A DNA stretch of 64,000 nt from Nitrospirota bacterium (GCA_963790025.1 CAWBMP010000002.1:1-64000), one strand, 5' to 3'; numbered from the stretch's first letter, positions 49,108 to 60,108 are shown. Program-made: numbers and translations. Notes: generated from the sequence alone by a model not told the origin.

Positions 49108-49919
49108 TTAAGGAATCGAGCATTAAACACAGTTTATATGGGGACCTTTTTTATCATGTCGGTAAAAGGACGACGAAACTCATAAACGATCTTGGAGCCG
49201 CGACCATCTTCTGTGCCCTCGCATTTATGAGAATATTCCGGCGCAAACAGTTCCGGGAGATTGTTCAGCAGGTTTTTTACATCGGCGCAAAGTCGTCGAA
49301 TATCGTCATGCTCATCGGCCTATTTACCGGCATGGTCCTCGGCCTGCAGCTCTATTATACTCTGACAAAAGTAGGCTCGGAGGGATTCCTCGGTTCGGTC
49401 GTTGCCCTCTCGCTTATCAGGGAGTTGGGGCCCGTGCTGACCGCGATCATGATAACCGCGCGGGCAGGCTCCGCGATGACCGCCGAAATCGGTATTCTCC
49501 GCATCTCCGAGCAAATCGACGCTCTGTATACCATGAGGACCGACCCTCTTCAGTATCTTGTCAGCCCGCGCATCGCTGCCTCGATCATCAGCTTTCCCTT
49601 GTTGACCGCCTTTTTTGATCTCATCGGGATTCTCGGCGGTTACCTTACCGGCGTAGTCCTCCTCGGCTTAAATAAAGGCAGCTATTTTTATCGAATACAT
49701 GCGTATGTGGAGATGGCGGACATCAGGGGCGGATTCATTAAATCTCTCGTTTTTGCAGCACTGGTATCAACTATTTGTTGTTACCAGGGATACTTCACTC
49801 ATCTCCGCACTGACAGCTACGGCTCCAAAAGCGTCAGTCTCTCGACAACATCAGCTGTCGTGCTCTCTTCTATCATGATACTCATAGCAGACTATGTTGT
49901 TACATCTTTTCTAATGTAG
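49104..49919 (+). CDS. mlaE: MlaE-family ABC permease
   Basis: RELGPVLTAIMITARAGSAMTAEIG..RISEQIDAL. Confidence 0.92.
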   Translation: MIKESSIKHSLYGDLFYHVGKRTTKLINDLGAATIFCALAFMRIFRRKQFREIVQQVFYIGAKSSNIVMLIGLFTGMVLGLQLYYTLTKVGSEGFLGSVVALSLIRELGPVLTAIMITARAGSAMTAEIGILRISEQIDALYTMRTDPLQYLVSPRIAASIISFPLLTAFFDLIGILGGYLTGVVLLGLNKGSYFYRIHAYVEMADIRGGFIKSLVFAALVSTICCYQGYFTHLRTDSYGSKSVSLSTTSAVVLSSIMILIADYVVTSFLM

Positions 49920-49926
49920 AGGAATT

Positions 49927-50760
49927 ATGGAAACACCATTGATAGAATTCAAGGATGTCTCAAAGAGTTTTGACGAAAACACCGTTCTTGACGGCGTAAA
50001 TCTCAGGATTTATGAAAAAGAAATTACGACTATAATAGGCAAAAGCGGCACAGGAAAGAGCGTCCTGCTCAAGCATATTATCGGCCTTCTCTCTCCCGAT
50101 GAAGGGTGCATAAGCTTCAGAGGGAAACCGGTCAATGAAATGAGCAAAAAACAATGGGACGAATGCAGGATGCAGATCAGCTATATGTTCCAGAACAATG
50201 CCCTCTTCGATTCCATGACTATCTTTGAAAACATTGCTTTTCCGCTCAGACAGACGACGAATCTGAAAAAAATGGATATAAAAAAAAGGGTTATGTTGCG
50301 GCTCGAACAGATGGAGCTTGCTGACGTAGTCAATAAATATCCAACTGAACTCTCCGGCGGGATGCAGAAGCGGGCAGCGTTGGCCCGGGCCCTCGTGACA
50401 GACCCGGCCATCGTGCTCTTTGATGAGCCGACGACAGGGCAGGACCCGATAAGGAAAAACGCAATCCTGAGCATGATCGCCCATTATAGGAAACTGTTCG
50501 GATTTACCGCTGTCCTTGTCAGCCATGAGATCCCGGATGTCTTCTTCGTTTCCGACCGGATACTTCTTCTCTGGGAAGGAAAGATTGCCTTTCACGGGAC
50601 ATATGAGGAGTTGTCGAGGGTCAGGCATCCTATAATCGATGAATTTCTGGAAAGCATCGAAAGCCTGCGGAATGAATTGACGGGACCGTTTTCAAAAGAG
50701 ATATTTAAGTACCGCTACGCTCTGACGCCTGATGACATAAAGGAGGATTATTTGAAATGA
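49927..50760 (+). CDS. mlaF: MlaF-family ABC ATPase
   Basis: GKSGTGKS, FQNNALFDS, LSGGMQKR, LFDEPTTG. Confidence 0.92.
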   Translation: METPLIEFKDVSKSFDENTVLDGVNLRIYEKEITTIIGKSGTGKSVLLKHIIGLLSPDEGCISFRGKPVNEMSKKQWDECRMQISYMFQNNALFDSMTIFENIAFPLRQTTNLKKMDIKKRVMLRLEQMELADVVNKYPTELSGGMQKRAALARALVTDPAIVLFDEPTTGQDPIRKNAILSMIAHYRKLFGFTAVLVSHEIPDVFFVSDRILLLWEGKIAFHGTYEELSRVRHPIIDEFLESIESLRNELTGPFSKEIFKYRYALTPDDIKEDYLK

Positions 50761-51230
50761 AAAAGTATTCAATGGAATCGGTAGTAGGCATATTTGTGGT
50801 GATCGGCCTTCTATGCGTGGGTTATATGACAATAAAACTCGGCAAGGTATCCCTGTTTGGCGATAATTACTACCCGCTTTATGCCGCATTTAGTTCAGTA
50901 TCGGGACTGAGGGGCGATAGCTCAGTTGAGATTGACGGCATTGAAGTCGGAAGGGTGGCGCGATTGAGCATAAACCAGGAGAAACAGATGGCATCGGTCG
51001 AATTGAAGATCAGGAAAGGTATAAAAATTTACGATGACGCAATAGCATCCGTCAAGACCTCCGGTCTTATCGGCGATAAATTTATCAAGATCGATCCCGG
51101 AGGCGGCGGTGATATCCTGAAGCCCGGAGGCACGATCAGAGAGACATCTTCGCCCCTCGACATAGAGGATTTGATCGGCAAATACGTATTTGGAGATATC
51201 AAAAAAGAAGATAAAGGGGGCGCCAGATGA
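50757..51230 (+). CDS. mlaD: MlaD MCE-domain protein
   Basis: VGIFV, SVSGL...V.IDGIEVGRV, TSGLIGDKFI.IDPGG. Confidence 0.92.
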   Translation: MKKYSMESVVGIFVVIGLLCVGYMTIKLGKVSLFGDNYYPLYAAFSSVSGLRGDSSVEIDGIEVGRVARLSINQEKQMASVELKIRKGIKIYDDAIASVKTSGLIGDKFIKIDPGGGGDILKPGGTIRETSSPLDIEDLIGKYVFGDIKKEDKGGAR

Positions 51231-51324
51231 AGAGCGTTCGCGGAATACGTTGCAGATGTAGAAATCAAAGGGATAAAGGAGTACAATTTTTTTAGGGTAT
51301 AAGCGGGGGGAGGAGACATAAGAA

Positions 51325-52434
51325 ATGAAAAGGCTCAGAGCAATCTCAATCATAATTTGCCATTCAATTTTAGTAATTTCACTGACGGCGTGCACAGGGG
51401 AAGGAGACAAGAAGCAAATAAGCAGCGATGCTGTTCCGGTGATAGTGGGCAAAGTCCAAAAAGTGCGGGAACGCGAAGCGATATCGGTGAGTGGCACAGT
51501 CAACACGCCAAACTCACCGACAACTGTTTCGTTTCTCGCCTCGGGAAAGGTCGTCTTTGTAGGCCCGCGGGAAGGTGATTATGTCAAGAGGGGGCAGAGA
51601 CTTGCATCTATCGATCCGACAGATTACCAGCTGACCCTTGCCGCGGCCAAGGCACAAACAGACATGGCCGGAGTTGAGTTTAAACGCGCCGAGGATGAAC
51701 ATCGGCGGATGAAAATGTTGTACGACTCGAATAGTCTTGCTCCGAACGATTACCAGAAATTCAAAGCCAGGTTTGAATCCGCCGAACAGCAGTACGGCCA
51801 GTCCGTAGCCTCGGAAAAACTTTCAAGGAAACACCTTTCGGATGCAACCCTCTGTGCTCCCGTAAGCGGCTTCATCTCAAAGCGATCCATCGAGCCTGGC
51901 GATACCGCTGCTCAGGGGCATCCAGTCTTTGAGATCGTCCAGATGGATCCCCTGGAGGTGAACGTCGGAGTTCCGGAAACGGACGTGCACCTCGTGAGGA
52001 TCGGACAGAAAGCGGCGATTACGGTCCCCGCCCTTCCGGGGAAATCATTCGAAGGAACGGTCCGCATCATCAACGTTTCCGCAGAAGCCGGCACGCGAAC
52101 GTACATGACTAGGATCGCCGTGGCGAATCCCGAACATTTATTGCGAGTCGGGATGGTGGCGGAAGCAAGCATACTCGGGGACCGGAGGGTATCCATGATG
52201 ACGCTCCCGGGGGATGTGGTGGTGCGTGACCCGCAGGGAGCGACGCAGGTATTCGTCTACTACCCCGACCAGAAGCGCGTGTATGCCAAGCGCGTGGAAA
52301 TCGGAGCGGCCATAAATAAGGATGTCCAGGTAAAAAGCGGACTTTCCGGTGATGAGCTGATCGTTCTGGCCGGTCAGATGAAGCTTCAGAGACGGTTCTG
52401 TCGTATCAGCTACAGAGCAACAGAGGGGGCCTGA
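51325..52434 (+). CDS. RND periplasmic adaptor (lipoprotein); C-terminus possibly frameshifted
   Basis: Lipobox LTAC; lipoyl halves EGDYVKRGQ and APVSGFI; LRVGMVAEA. Confidence 0.9.
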   Translation: MKRLRAISIIICHSILVISLTACTGEGDKKQISSDAVPVIVGKVQKVREREAISVSGTVNTPNSPTTVSFLASGKVVFVGPREGDYVKRGQRLASIDPTDYQLTLAAAKAQTDMAGVEFKRAEDEHRRMKMLYDSNSLAPNDYQKFKARFESAEQQYGQSVASEKLSRKHLSDATLCAPVSGFISKRSIEPGDTAAQGHPVFEIVQMDPLEVNVGVPETDVHLVRIGQKAAITVPALPGKSFEGTVRIINVSAEAGTRTYMTRIAVANPEHLLRVGMVAEASILGDRRVSMMTLPGDVVVRDPQGATQVFVYYPDQKRVYAKRVEIGAAINKDVQVKSGLSGDELIVLAGQMKLQRRFCRISYRATEGA

Positions 52435-52461
52435 AGCTACGTTCGGGGGAGGAACTTCAAA

Positions 52462-55400
52462 GTGAACCCAATAAAGTTTTCTCTCCGCTACCCTGCCGTA
52501 ACGCTGATATTGACGGCAATGATTGTAATCGTCGGTGTTCATGCATTCCTGAAAATGCAGCGGACGGAAGATCCGAGTATTACAATCAGAACCGGGCTTG
52601 TGGCAGCGATATACCCGGGAGCTACCTCCGAGCAGGTCGAAAAACAGGTAACGAAAACCCTTGAAAAGCACATCTTCAAGTTCCCCGAGGTGCGGAAGGA
52701 AAAGACCTATTCGACGAGCCGTCCAGGCGTCGCTATCATCAACGTCGAACTCGAAGACAACGTAAAAAATTCCGACTTGTTCTGGGCGAAGCTGCGCCAT
52801 GAGATGAACCTTGTCAGCCAGACCGAACTCCCTTCCGGAGTCAAAGGGCCGGTGGTCGATTCCGATTTCGGCGATACAGTCGCGATGCTGATAGCCATTC
52901 ACGGCAAGCGGTACGGATACCGCGAGCTGCGCGATTTTGCTGACAAGATGCGCGACGAGATGCGCACTGTTCGTGATGTGGGGAAACTCGAAACATACGG
53001 AACGCAGAAAGAGGAAATCTGGATCACGGGCAGCCTCGAAAGGGTATCGCAGTATTTCACCGACCCGCGCCAGGTGGTGAACGCGCTTCAGCAGCGAAAC
53101 GTCATCCAGAGCGCAGGAAATTTCGAAGCCGATCGGACGAAAATCCCAATGAGGACTACCGGAATTTTCAATACTGAAAATGAGATACGAAACGTGCTCG
53201 TGGACGTTTCCAGGGACGGCCACCCGGTATATATCAAAGATTTCGCCGACGTCGAGCGCCGCTACGAGGACCCGACATTCATGGTGCGTTACGACGGCGA
53301 CCCGTGCCTGCTCCTCTCTGTTGAGATGCAGAAAGGAAAGAATATCGTGGAGCTTGGCGAACAACTGGATAAAGTCTTCCAGCGTCTCAAGGTGATCCTA
53401 CCCCCCGACGTTCAGATAGACCTGATCGCGAACCAGCCGGAGGTCGTCAAGGAGCGGATCACGCACCTGTCGCGAGAGTTCCTTTTAGCCATCGCTTCGG
53501 TCATTATGGTTACGATCGTACTCCTCCCCTTTCGGGTCGCTCTCATCGCCGCCCTGGCCATACCGGTTACATTGTGCGGCACCCTCGGCGTTATGAACAC
53601 ACTGGGGATAGCCCTGCACCAGACATCCATCGCAGCGCTCATCGTGGTCCTCGGGATCGTAGTGGACGACGCCATAGTGATAGCCGACAACTATGTCGAG
53701 CTCCTGGACCGGAAGGTGCCGCGACTCGATGCGGCCTGGAGATGTGCCACTGACATGCTGGTGCCGGTGCTTACTGCGACCGTCACGATCATCTGCTCGT
53801 TCCTGCCGCTGCTGATACTTACCGGGGCGGTAGGAGAATTCATCATGGCACTCCCCATCACGGTAACGATCGCGTTGGCGACGTCCTTCTTCGTGGCGAT
53901 TATGCTGACCCCCCTGCTCTGCAGAACATTCATCAAGAAGGGGCTGCACGAGCATGAAGCCGTAGAGACTCACGGGAAGGAGAAGAAGACGCTCCTTGAC
54001 AGGCTCCAGGAGAAATATGGGATATTGATCAACATCTTCATGAAAAGGAAGTGGCTGGCCTTCACTCTCGGGGGGTGTGCGTTTGCATTGGGTGTCATGC
54101 TCTTTGCATTCGTGCCCCAGCAGTTCTTCCCTTCCGCCGAGCGCAACCAGTTCGTGATTGATGTCTGGATGCCACAGGGAACGCGGATCGAGGCCACCGA
54201 CGCAGTCATGGGCCGAATCGAAAAAGTCCTGGGTTCAAGTAAAGGAGTCCTCCACTACGCCACTTTCGTCGGTCAGAGCGCCCCGAGATTTTACTACAAC
54301 GTCAATCCTCAGCAGCCCGACGGCGCCTACGGCCAGTTTATCGTCAACACCACCTCTGTCAAGGATACCGACCGGCTGGTAAAGGCGTTGCGCCGTTCGC
54401 TGACCGCTTTGATCCCTGAGGCGATGGTGATCGTGAAAGAGCTCCAGCAGGGCGCCCAGATGGAGGCTCCAATAGAGGTGCGTATCTCCGGCGACGACAT
54501 CGACGAACTGAAGCGGCTGGGAGAAAAGGTCCAGGGCATTCTGGAGAGCGACCCCTCATCGCAGTACGTGTACAGGGACTACTTCAACGATTCTTATATG
54601 GTCGATTTAAACGTCAATGACGAACTGGCAAACCGCCTCGGAATTACCGAGGCGTCTGTGTCGCAAACCCTGTCAGGGGCATTCTCCGGTGCTGCGGTGA
54701 GTACCTTCTGGGAAGGGGACCGCGCCGTCACCATCAAGCTGCGGCTCGACCCGGCCTACCGCTCTCAGTTCGAGGATATCGGAAACACCTATCTGAACTC
54801 GGAACTCACCCATGCCAGGGTCCCGCTCCGAGCAATTGCCACGTTGGCGCCGGAGTGGCAGACCAGCAGGATAGTCCGCAGAAACGGCGTGCGCACCTTG
54901 ACGGTCCGTGCGTTTGTGAAGCCGGGGTACTACGCCTCACACCTCGTGGAGAAAGCAATGCCGAAGATAAAGGCCCTGGAGCTGCCGGCTGGCTACCGGA
55001 TCTACTACGGTGGGGAGAAGGATAACCAGGGCGAGACTTTTCCGCAGATGATAGTAGCCCTGGGCATCAGCCTGCTGGCGATCTTCCTCGTCCTGCTCGT
55101 GCAATTCAGAAGCATCTCGGAACCTCTTGTGGTGATGGCATCGATCCCACTGATGCTCTTCGGGGCAATATTGGGTCTCATCATCACCCATAATCCCTTC
55201 GGTTTCACCGCGTTCATGGGACTTATAAGCCTGTGCGGCATAGTCGTGAGAAACGGGATCATCCTGGTTGACTACTGCAACGAAAAAGTCGCCGAAGGGG
55301 AGACCCTGGAGCAGGCTGCACAGGACGCGGGGGCACGGCGGATGCGGCCCATCTTCCTGACTACGATGGCTGCCGCAGTCGGTGTAACGCCTATGATCCT

Positions 55401-56874
55401 CTCCAGGTCCAGCCTCTGGAGCCCTCTTGCGAGCGTAATTGCCATAGGGCTGATCTTTTCGATGTTCTTCACGCTTCTAATCATTCCCGTCCTCTTTGTG
55501 GTCATCAAATCTCGCTCGTTAAAGCAGGGGGCAGTGGCTGTCGTGATTGCGGCATGTGTACTTTTTGCTGCGGGACGGGAGGCGTCAGCAGAGCCGGTGA
55601 AACAGTCCCTGACACTCTCGCAGGCGGTTGAACTGGCTCTCAAGCAAAACTCACTGCTCAAAATCTCCCGGACGAAAGTGGAGGAGCGTGATCAGAAGAT
55701 TGTGTCGGAGCGGGCCCAATATTTCCCCCTTCTTTCCAATAACACAAAGTATATGGCCTTGTCGAACAGGCAGCTTATTACCATACCGGCCGGCAGCCTC
55801 GGAAATGTTGGCGTCGGTCCCTTCCCCACTCAGGATATCAAAGTAAACCAGAGTTCCTCCACTATCCTGTACAGCGAAACAACCCTCGCACAGCCGACAA
55901 CACAGCTTTTGAAAATCCATGAAGCCAATGAGATTGCCTGGGCAGATCGCGGCATTGCAGAAGCGGAATTGAAAAGGTTGGAAAACGAAACGGTCCTTGC
56001 GGTACATCAGCTCTACTACGCGTTGCTGGTTGCTTATAAGGAAAAGGATGCCGCCGGGGCCTTGCTTACTGCGGCGCAGGAGAACCTGAGCGAGTCCGAG
56101 GAGGGGCTGAGAGCTGGCAACCTGCTCGATGTGGCGGTCACCGCTGCGAAAGCCAATCTGCTCCAGAGCAGGCAGGCGCTTCTCGTTGCGGAAAACCGCA
56201 TTTCGGACGTAACCTCAGAGCTCAACGACTTATTGGGTCTGCCCAGTGACGCTATCCTGGAAGTGACCGAGACAGGTTTGCCGGAGACGATGGAACCCTT
56301 AAAGAACCAAGCATACGATGAGGCCCGTGACAGAAACGGCGAACTGCTTGCCGCTCGGGAAGCCGTAGAAAAGTCGCACCACGCGGTGAGTGCCGCCCGC
56401 TATGAATACATTCCCGACGTGACGATCTTTGCCAAGCACGGCTACCAGGATGGAGCTCCCTTTCTGCCTACGAACATCGGCATGTTCGGCTTCGAGTTGA
56501 CCTGGAACATTTTCGACTGGGGGAAGCGAAAAGGAGAAATCGGCCAACGGGTCGCCCAACAGTCACAGGCGGAAGAGAACCTGGCACGGATTGACAAACG
56601 GATCGGGATTGAAATCGACAAGGTGTACCGGAAGCTGGAACGCTCTAAAAAAATGGTGGACGTCGCCGATGAGGCGCTTACCCTGTGCAGGGAAAATGCA
56701 CGCCTGAGCGAAAACCGTTTCAAGGCGGGAATCGTGACATCGGCAAAACATGCCGAAACGGTTGCGGCGCTGAAAAAGGCGGAGATGGAGGCACTTCAGG
56801 CTTCTCTTGAATATCGTCTCGCGATAGTCGAGCTTAACAAGACAATCGGGTTGCTTGCGCCATCCAAAAATTAG
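52462..56874 (+). CDS. RND (AcrB-like) permease fused to a TolC-family outer-membrane factor
   Basis: GIVVDDAIV, RMRPIFLTT in first ~1015 aa; C-terminal LTLSQAVELALKQN...WNIFDWG...YRLAIVELNKTIG OMF domain; single 1470-aa ORF. Confidence 0.9.
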   Translation: MNPIKFSLRYPAVTLILTAMIVIVGVHAFLKMQRTEDPSITIRTGLVAAIYPGATSEQVEKQVTKTLEKHIFKFPEVRKEKTYSTSRPGVAIINVELEDNVKNSDLFWAKLRHEMNLVSQTELPSGVKGPVVDSDFGDTVAMLIAIHGKRYGYRELRDFADKMRDEMRTVRDVGKLETYGTQKEEIWITGSLERVSQYFTDPRQVVNALQQRNVIQSAGNFEADRTKIPMRTTGIFNTENEIRNVLVDVSRDGHPVYIKDFADVERRYEDPTFMVRYDGDPCLLLSVEMQKGKNIVELGEQLDKVFQRLKVILPPDVQIDLIANQPEVVKERITHLSREFLLAIASVIMVTIVLLPFRVALIAALAIPVTLCGTLGVMNTLGIALHQTSIAALIVVLGIVVDDAIVIADNYVELLDRKVPRLDAAWRCATDMLVPVLTATVTIICSFLPLLILTGAVGEFIMALPITVTIALATSFFVAIMLTPLLCRTFIKKGLHEHEAVETHGKEKKTLLDRLQEKYGILINIFMKRKWLAFTLGGCAFALGVMLFAFVPQQFFPSAERNQFVIDVWMPQGTRIEATDAVMGRIEKVLGSSKGVLHYATFVGQSAPRFYYNVNPQQPDGAYGQFIVNTTSVKDTDRLVKALRRSLTALIPEAMVIVKELQQGAQMEAPIEVRISGDDIDELKRLGEKVQGILESDPSSQYVYRDYFNDSYMVDLNVNDELANRLGITEASVSQTLSGAFSGAAVSTFWEGDRAVTIKLRLDPAYRSQFEDIGNTYLNSELTHARVPLRAIATLAPEWQTSRIVRRNGVRTLTVRAFVKPGYYASHLVEKAMPKIKALELPAGYRIYYGGEKDNQGETFPQMIVALGISLLAIFLVLLVQFRSISEPLVVMASIPLMLFGAILGLIITHNPFGFTAFMGLISLCGIVVRNGIILVDYCNEKVAEGETLEQAAQDAGARRMRPIFLTTMAAAVGVTPMILSRSSLWSPLASVIAIGLIFSMFFTLLIIPVLFVVIKSRSLKQGAVAVVIAACVLFAAGREASAEPVKQSLTLSQAVELALKQNSLLKISRTKVEERDQKIVSERAQYFPLLSNNTKYMALSNRQLITIPAGSLGNVGVGPFPTQDIKVNQSSSTILYSETTLAQPTTQLLKIHEANEIAWADRGIAEAELKRLENETVLAVHQLYYALLVAYKEKDAAGALLTAAQENLSESEEGLRAGNLLDVAVTAAKANLLQSRQALLVAENRISDVTSELNDLLGLPSDAILEVTETGLPETMEPLKNQAYDEARDRNGELLAAREAVEKSHHAVSAARYEYIPDVTIFAKHGYQDGAPFLPTNIGMFGFELTWNIFDWGKRKGEIGQRVAQQSQAEENLARIDKRIGIEIDKVYRKLERSKKMVDVADEALTLCRENARLSENRFKAGIVTSAKHAETVAALKKAEMEALQASLEYRLAIVELNKTIGLLAPSKN

Positions 56875-56895
56875 GAAGCCTGAAAGGAGGCCCCG

Positions 56896-59439
56896 ATGTT
56901 ACAAAGAAGTGAAAAGAGACAGGGTATCAAGAGAGACACCGGTCCCGCCGATGTCTCCCCGGCCCGCGAATCACACGAAGACATACGGACGGGTACGAGC
57001 GCTGTTGCGCTGAAGCAGGCCATCCTCGACAACCTGTGTTATGTTCAGGGGAAACCTCCGGATAAAATTCCGGAACTGGCAACGAAAAACGATTGGTACA
57101 TGGCGGTTGCATATACTGTGCGATACAGGCTGATCGAGCATTTTATTCGGTGGATGAAAGAGTTGCGGCGGCCTGAAGTGAAAATTGCCGGCTATCTCTC
57201 TGCAGAGTTCCTTATGGGACCTCATCTCGGGAATAATCTTCTGAATATGGGCCTGACGGACCGTGTAAGGGAAGCGCTGAAAGAACTTGGCCTGGATCTG
57301 GACATCATCCTCGAACTGGAGGTAGAGCCAGGACTCGGCAACGGCGGCTTGGGCAGGCTTGCTGCATGCTATATGGACTCTCTTGCGTCGTTGAATGTTC
57401 CCGCGATCGGCTACGGAATCAGGTATGAATTCGGCATTTTTGATCAGGAGATCCGTGACGGATGGCAGGTCGAAAAGACCGACAAGTGGCTTAATCTGGG
57501 AAACCCCTGGGAGATCTGCCGGCCCGAGATCGCTTATTACGTAAATTTTGGCGGGCGGACTGAGAAATACCGGGACGACGAGGGTCATTTCAGAGTACGC
57601 TGGGTCCCTGACATGGTCATCAAAGGAGTTGCCTATGATACAGCCGTTCCGGCCTACCGGAATGATGTGGTTGACCTGCTCAGGCTCTGGAAATCGGAGG
57701 CGGTCGAATCCTTCGACTTTCAGGCCTTCAATATCGGCGATTACTACAAGGCGGTGAACGAGAAGGTGATTTCGGAGACAGTGAGCAAGGTCCTCTATCC
57801 CAACGATGAGCCTGAGATAGGAAAGACCCTCCGCCTCGGACAGCAGTATTTCTTCGTCTCATGCTCGCTGCAGGACATGATCAGCATACTGATGCTCCGG
57901 GGAAAAAAGATCGAGACATTCCACGAGAGCTTTGCCGTCCAGCTGAACGATACTCATCCCTCCATCGCAGTCGCGGAACTGATGCGGCTTCTCCTGGACG
58001 AGCATCTGATGGACTGGGACACCGCGTGGAAGATAACACTGCAGACGATGGCCTACACCAACCACACGCTGCTGCCCGAGGCGCTTGAAAAATGGCCTCT
58101 GCCGCTTTTCAGCCGCTCGCTTCCGAGGCACACAGAGATCATATATGAGATCAACCGGAGATTTCTCGACGAAGTTCGCCTGAGATATCCCGGCGATGAC
58201 GGACGGGTTTCCCGGCTTTCGCTCATCGAGGAAAGCGGTGAGAAATATGTCCGCATGGCGCATCTTGCGGCGGTGGGAAGCCACCGCATCAATGGAGTCG
58301 CGGCCCTCCATACCGATCTTCTCACGAGAACGGTTCTGAAAGACCTGTACGACATCTACCCTGAGCGCTTCGTTAATGTGACAAACGGCGTGACCCCAAG
58401 GCGGTGGGTTGCCCTGAATAATCCGGGACTTGCCCGGCTGCTCACAAAGACTATCGGCGACCGGTGGATCAAACATTTTGAAGATGAGGCAAGAAAGATA
58501 GAGCCCTATGCGGATGATCCCGGATTCCGTGAGGAATGGGGGAAGATCAAACTCGGCAACAAGGGCAGACTTGCGGCTCTCATAGGGGAAAGGACAGGTA
58601 TAAAGGTCGATCCCCATACGCTGTTCGACATTCAGGTGAAAAGAATCCATGAATACAAGCGCCAGCACCTGAGCGTGCTCCACATCATCACCTTGTATAA
58701 CAGGATCAAAGGGAATCCGGCGATGGAGATTGTCCCGCGAACGTTCATCTTCGGCGGCAAGGCCGCGCCCGGCTACTTCATGGCGAAGCTGATCATCAAG
58801 CTGATCAATTCTGTTGCCGATGTTGTGAACAACGATGCTGATGTGGGCGGGAGGCTGAAGGTCATCTTCTTTCCGAACTTCAATGTAAAGAATGCTCAGT
58901 ATATTTATCCCGCTGCAGATCTCTCGGAGCAGATATCTACGGCAGGAAAAGAGGCGTCAGGCACCGGGAACATGAAGTTCTCGATGAACGGCGCCCTCAC
59001 GATCGGCACTCTTGACGGCGCTAATGTCGAGATCCGGGAAGAGGTGGGAGGCGAAAACTTCTTCCTCTTCGGCCTTACGGCCGGAGAAGTAGAGGACCTG
59101 AAGTCGAGGGGATTTTCTCCGCGAAGCTACTACGAATCGAACTGGAGCCTCAGAGAGGCGATCGATCAGATCCGCTCGGGGCAATTCTCCCGCGGAGATG
59201 GAGAACTCTTCAGGCCTCTGGTCGACAATCTGCTGGACCACGATCCCTTCTTGCTTCTGGCGGATTACCAATCCTACATTGATTGTCAGGATCGGGTAAG
59301 TTCCGCTTATCGCGATCAGGAAAATTGGATCCGCATGTCGGTACTTAATGTGGCCCGCATGGGGAAGTTCTCTTCCGACCGCTCTATACGGGAATATTGC
59401 GACAACATCTGGAAGATAAAACCGGTCAAAGTAGGGTGA
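56896..59439 (+). CDS. glgP: Glycogen/maltodextrin phosphorylase
   Basis: GLGNGGLGRLAAC, QLNDTHP, KRIHEYKRQ, EASGTGNMK. Confidence 0.97.
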   Translation: MLQRSEKRQGIKRDTGPADVSPARESHEDIRTGTSAVALKQAILDNLCYVQGKPPDKIPELATKNDWYMAVAYTVRYRLIEHFIRWMKELRRPEVKIAGYLSAEFLMGPHLGNNLLNMGLTDRVREALKELGLDLDIILELEVEPGLGNGGLGRLAACYMDSLASLNVPAIGYGIRYEFGIFDQEIRDGWQVEKTDKWLNLGNPWEICRPEIAYYVNFGGRTEKYRDDEGHFRVRWVPDMVIKGVAYDTAVPAYRNDVVDLLRLWKSEAVESFDFQAFNIGDYYKAVNEKVISETVSKVLYPNDEPEIGKTLRLGQQYFFVSCSLQDMISILMLRGKKIETFHESFAVQLNDTHPSIAVAELMRLLLDEHLMDWDTAWKITLQTMAYTNHTLLPEALEKWPLPLFSRSLPRHTEIIYEINRRFLDEVRLRYPGDDGRVSRLSLIEESGEKYVRMAHLAAVGSHRINGVAALHTDLLTRTVLKDLYDIYPERFVNVTNGVTPRRWVALNNPGLARLLTKTIGDRWIKHFEDEARKIEPYADDPGFREEWGKIKLGNKGRLAALIGERTGIKVDPHTLFDIQVKRIHEYKRQHLSVLHIITLYNRIKGNPAMEIVPRTFIFGGKAAPGYFMAKLIIKLINSVADVVNNDADVGGRLKVIFFPNFNVKNAQYIYPAADLSEQISTAGKEASGTGNMKFSMNGALTIGTLDGANVEIREEVGGENFFLFGLTAGEVEDLKSRGFSPRSYYESNWSLREAIDQIRSGQFSRGDGELFRPLVDNLLDHDPFLLLADYQSYIDCQDRVSSAYRDQENWIRMSVLNVARMGKFSSDRSIREYCDNIWKIKPVKVG

Positions 59440-59481
59440 CGGGATGGCGAAATCCGAGACATTCACCGCAGATACCTTGAG

Positions 59482-60108
59482 GTGACTTCGATGAAGGAAA
59501 AGTTCCATATCGCAGGAATCAAGAAAATCCTGCTCAAGTGGCACAAGCACGCGGACTTGTCGGATACCCCGGATCCGGCGCGCGCGCTGTACGGCCCCCC
59601 TCCGAAAACGGCGGCGGGAGAGAGAGGCCGGGGCCTCGTTGATTTCTTCAAGCAGGTGTCTCTCTTCGAGAACCTCACTCAGGGGGACCTCAGACGGCTC
59701 GCTCGAATCCTCCACGAACGGACCTACCGGGACGGCGAGTACATCTTTAAAGAGGGGCAACCCGGCGCGGCGATGTACATCGTGCGAGGTGGCGTCGTTG
59801 AGATCGTGAGACGAAGGCGGAATGGGGAAGAAGTGCCCCTTGTTACGCTGGAGCCGCCAGCCACCTTAGAAGAGTTGGCAGTCGTGGGAGGGGATATGGT
59901 TCACTGGACCTCGGGCCTGGCTCGCGGCCCGGTCTCATTGGTGGCCATCGGCCGTTCCGACCTGGACGAGCTCGGTCGCAACTTTCCACTCCTGGCGAAT
60001 AAAATTCTCAAGAAGCTGGCCTACATCATCGCCGTGAGACTCCAGATAGTTATGGAGGCTGAATATTTCAATGAGGAAAGGAGCCTGAAAAATGACCTCC
60101 CGCAATGA
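59482..60108 (+). CDS. Cyclic-nucleotide-binding domain protein
   Basis: LFENL, EYIFKEGQPGAAMYIVRGGVVEI; no HTH. Confidence 0.75.
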   Translation: MTSMKEKFHIAGIKKILLKWHKHADLSDTPDPARALYGPPPKTAAGERGRGLVDFFKQVSLFENLTQGDLRRLARILHERTYRDGEYIFKEGQPGAAMYIVRGGVVEIVRRRRNGEEVPLVTLEPPATLEELAVVGGDMVHWTSGLARGPVSLVAIGRSDLDELGRNFPLLANKILKKLAYIIAVRLQIVMEAEYFNEERSLKNDLPQ

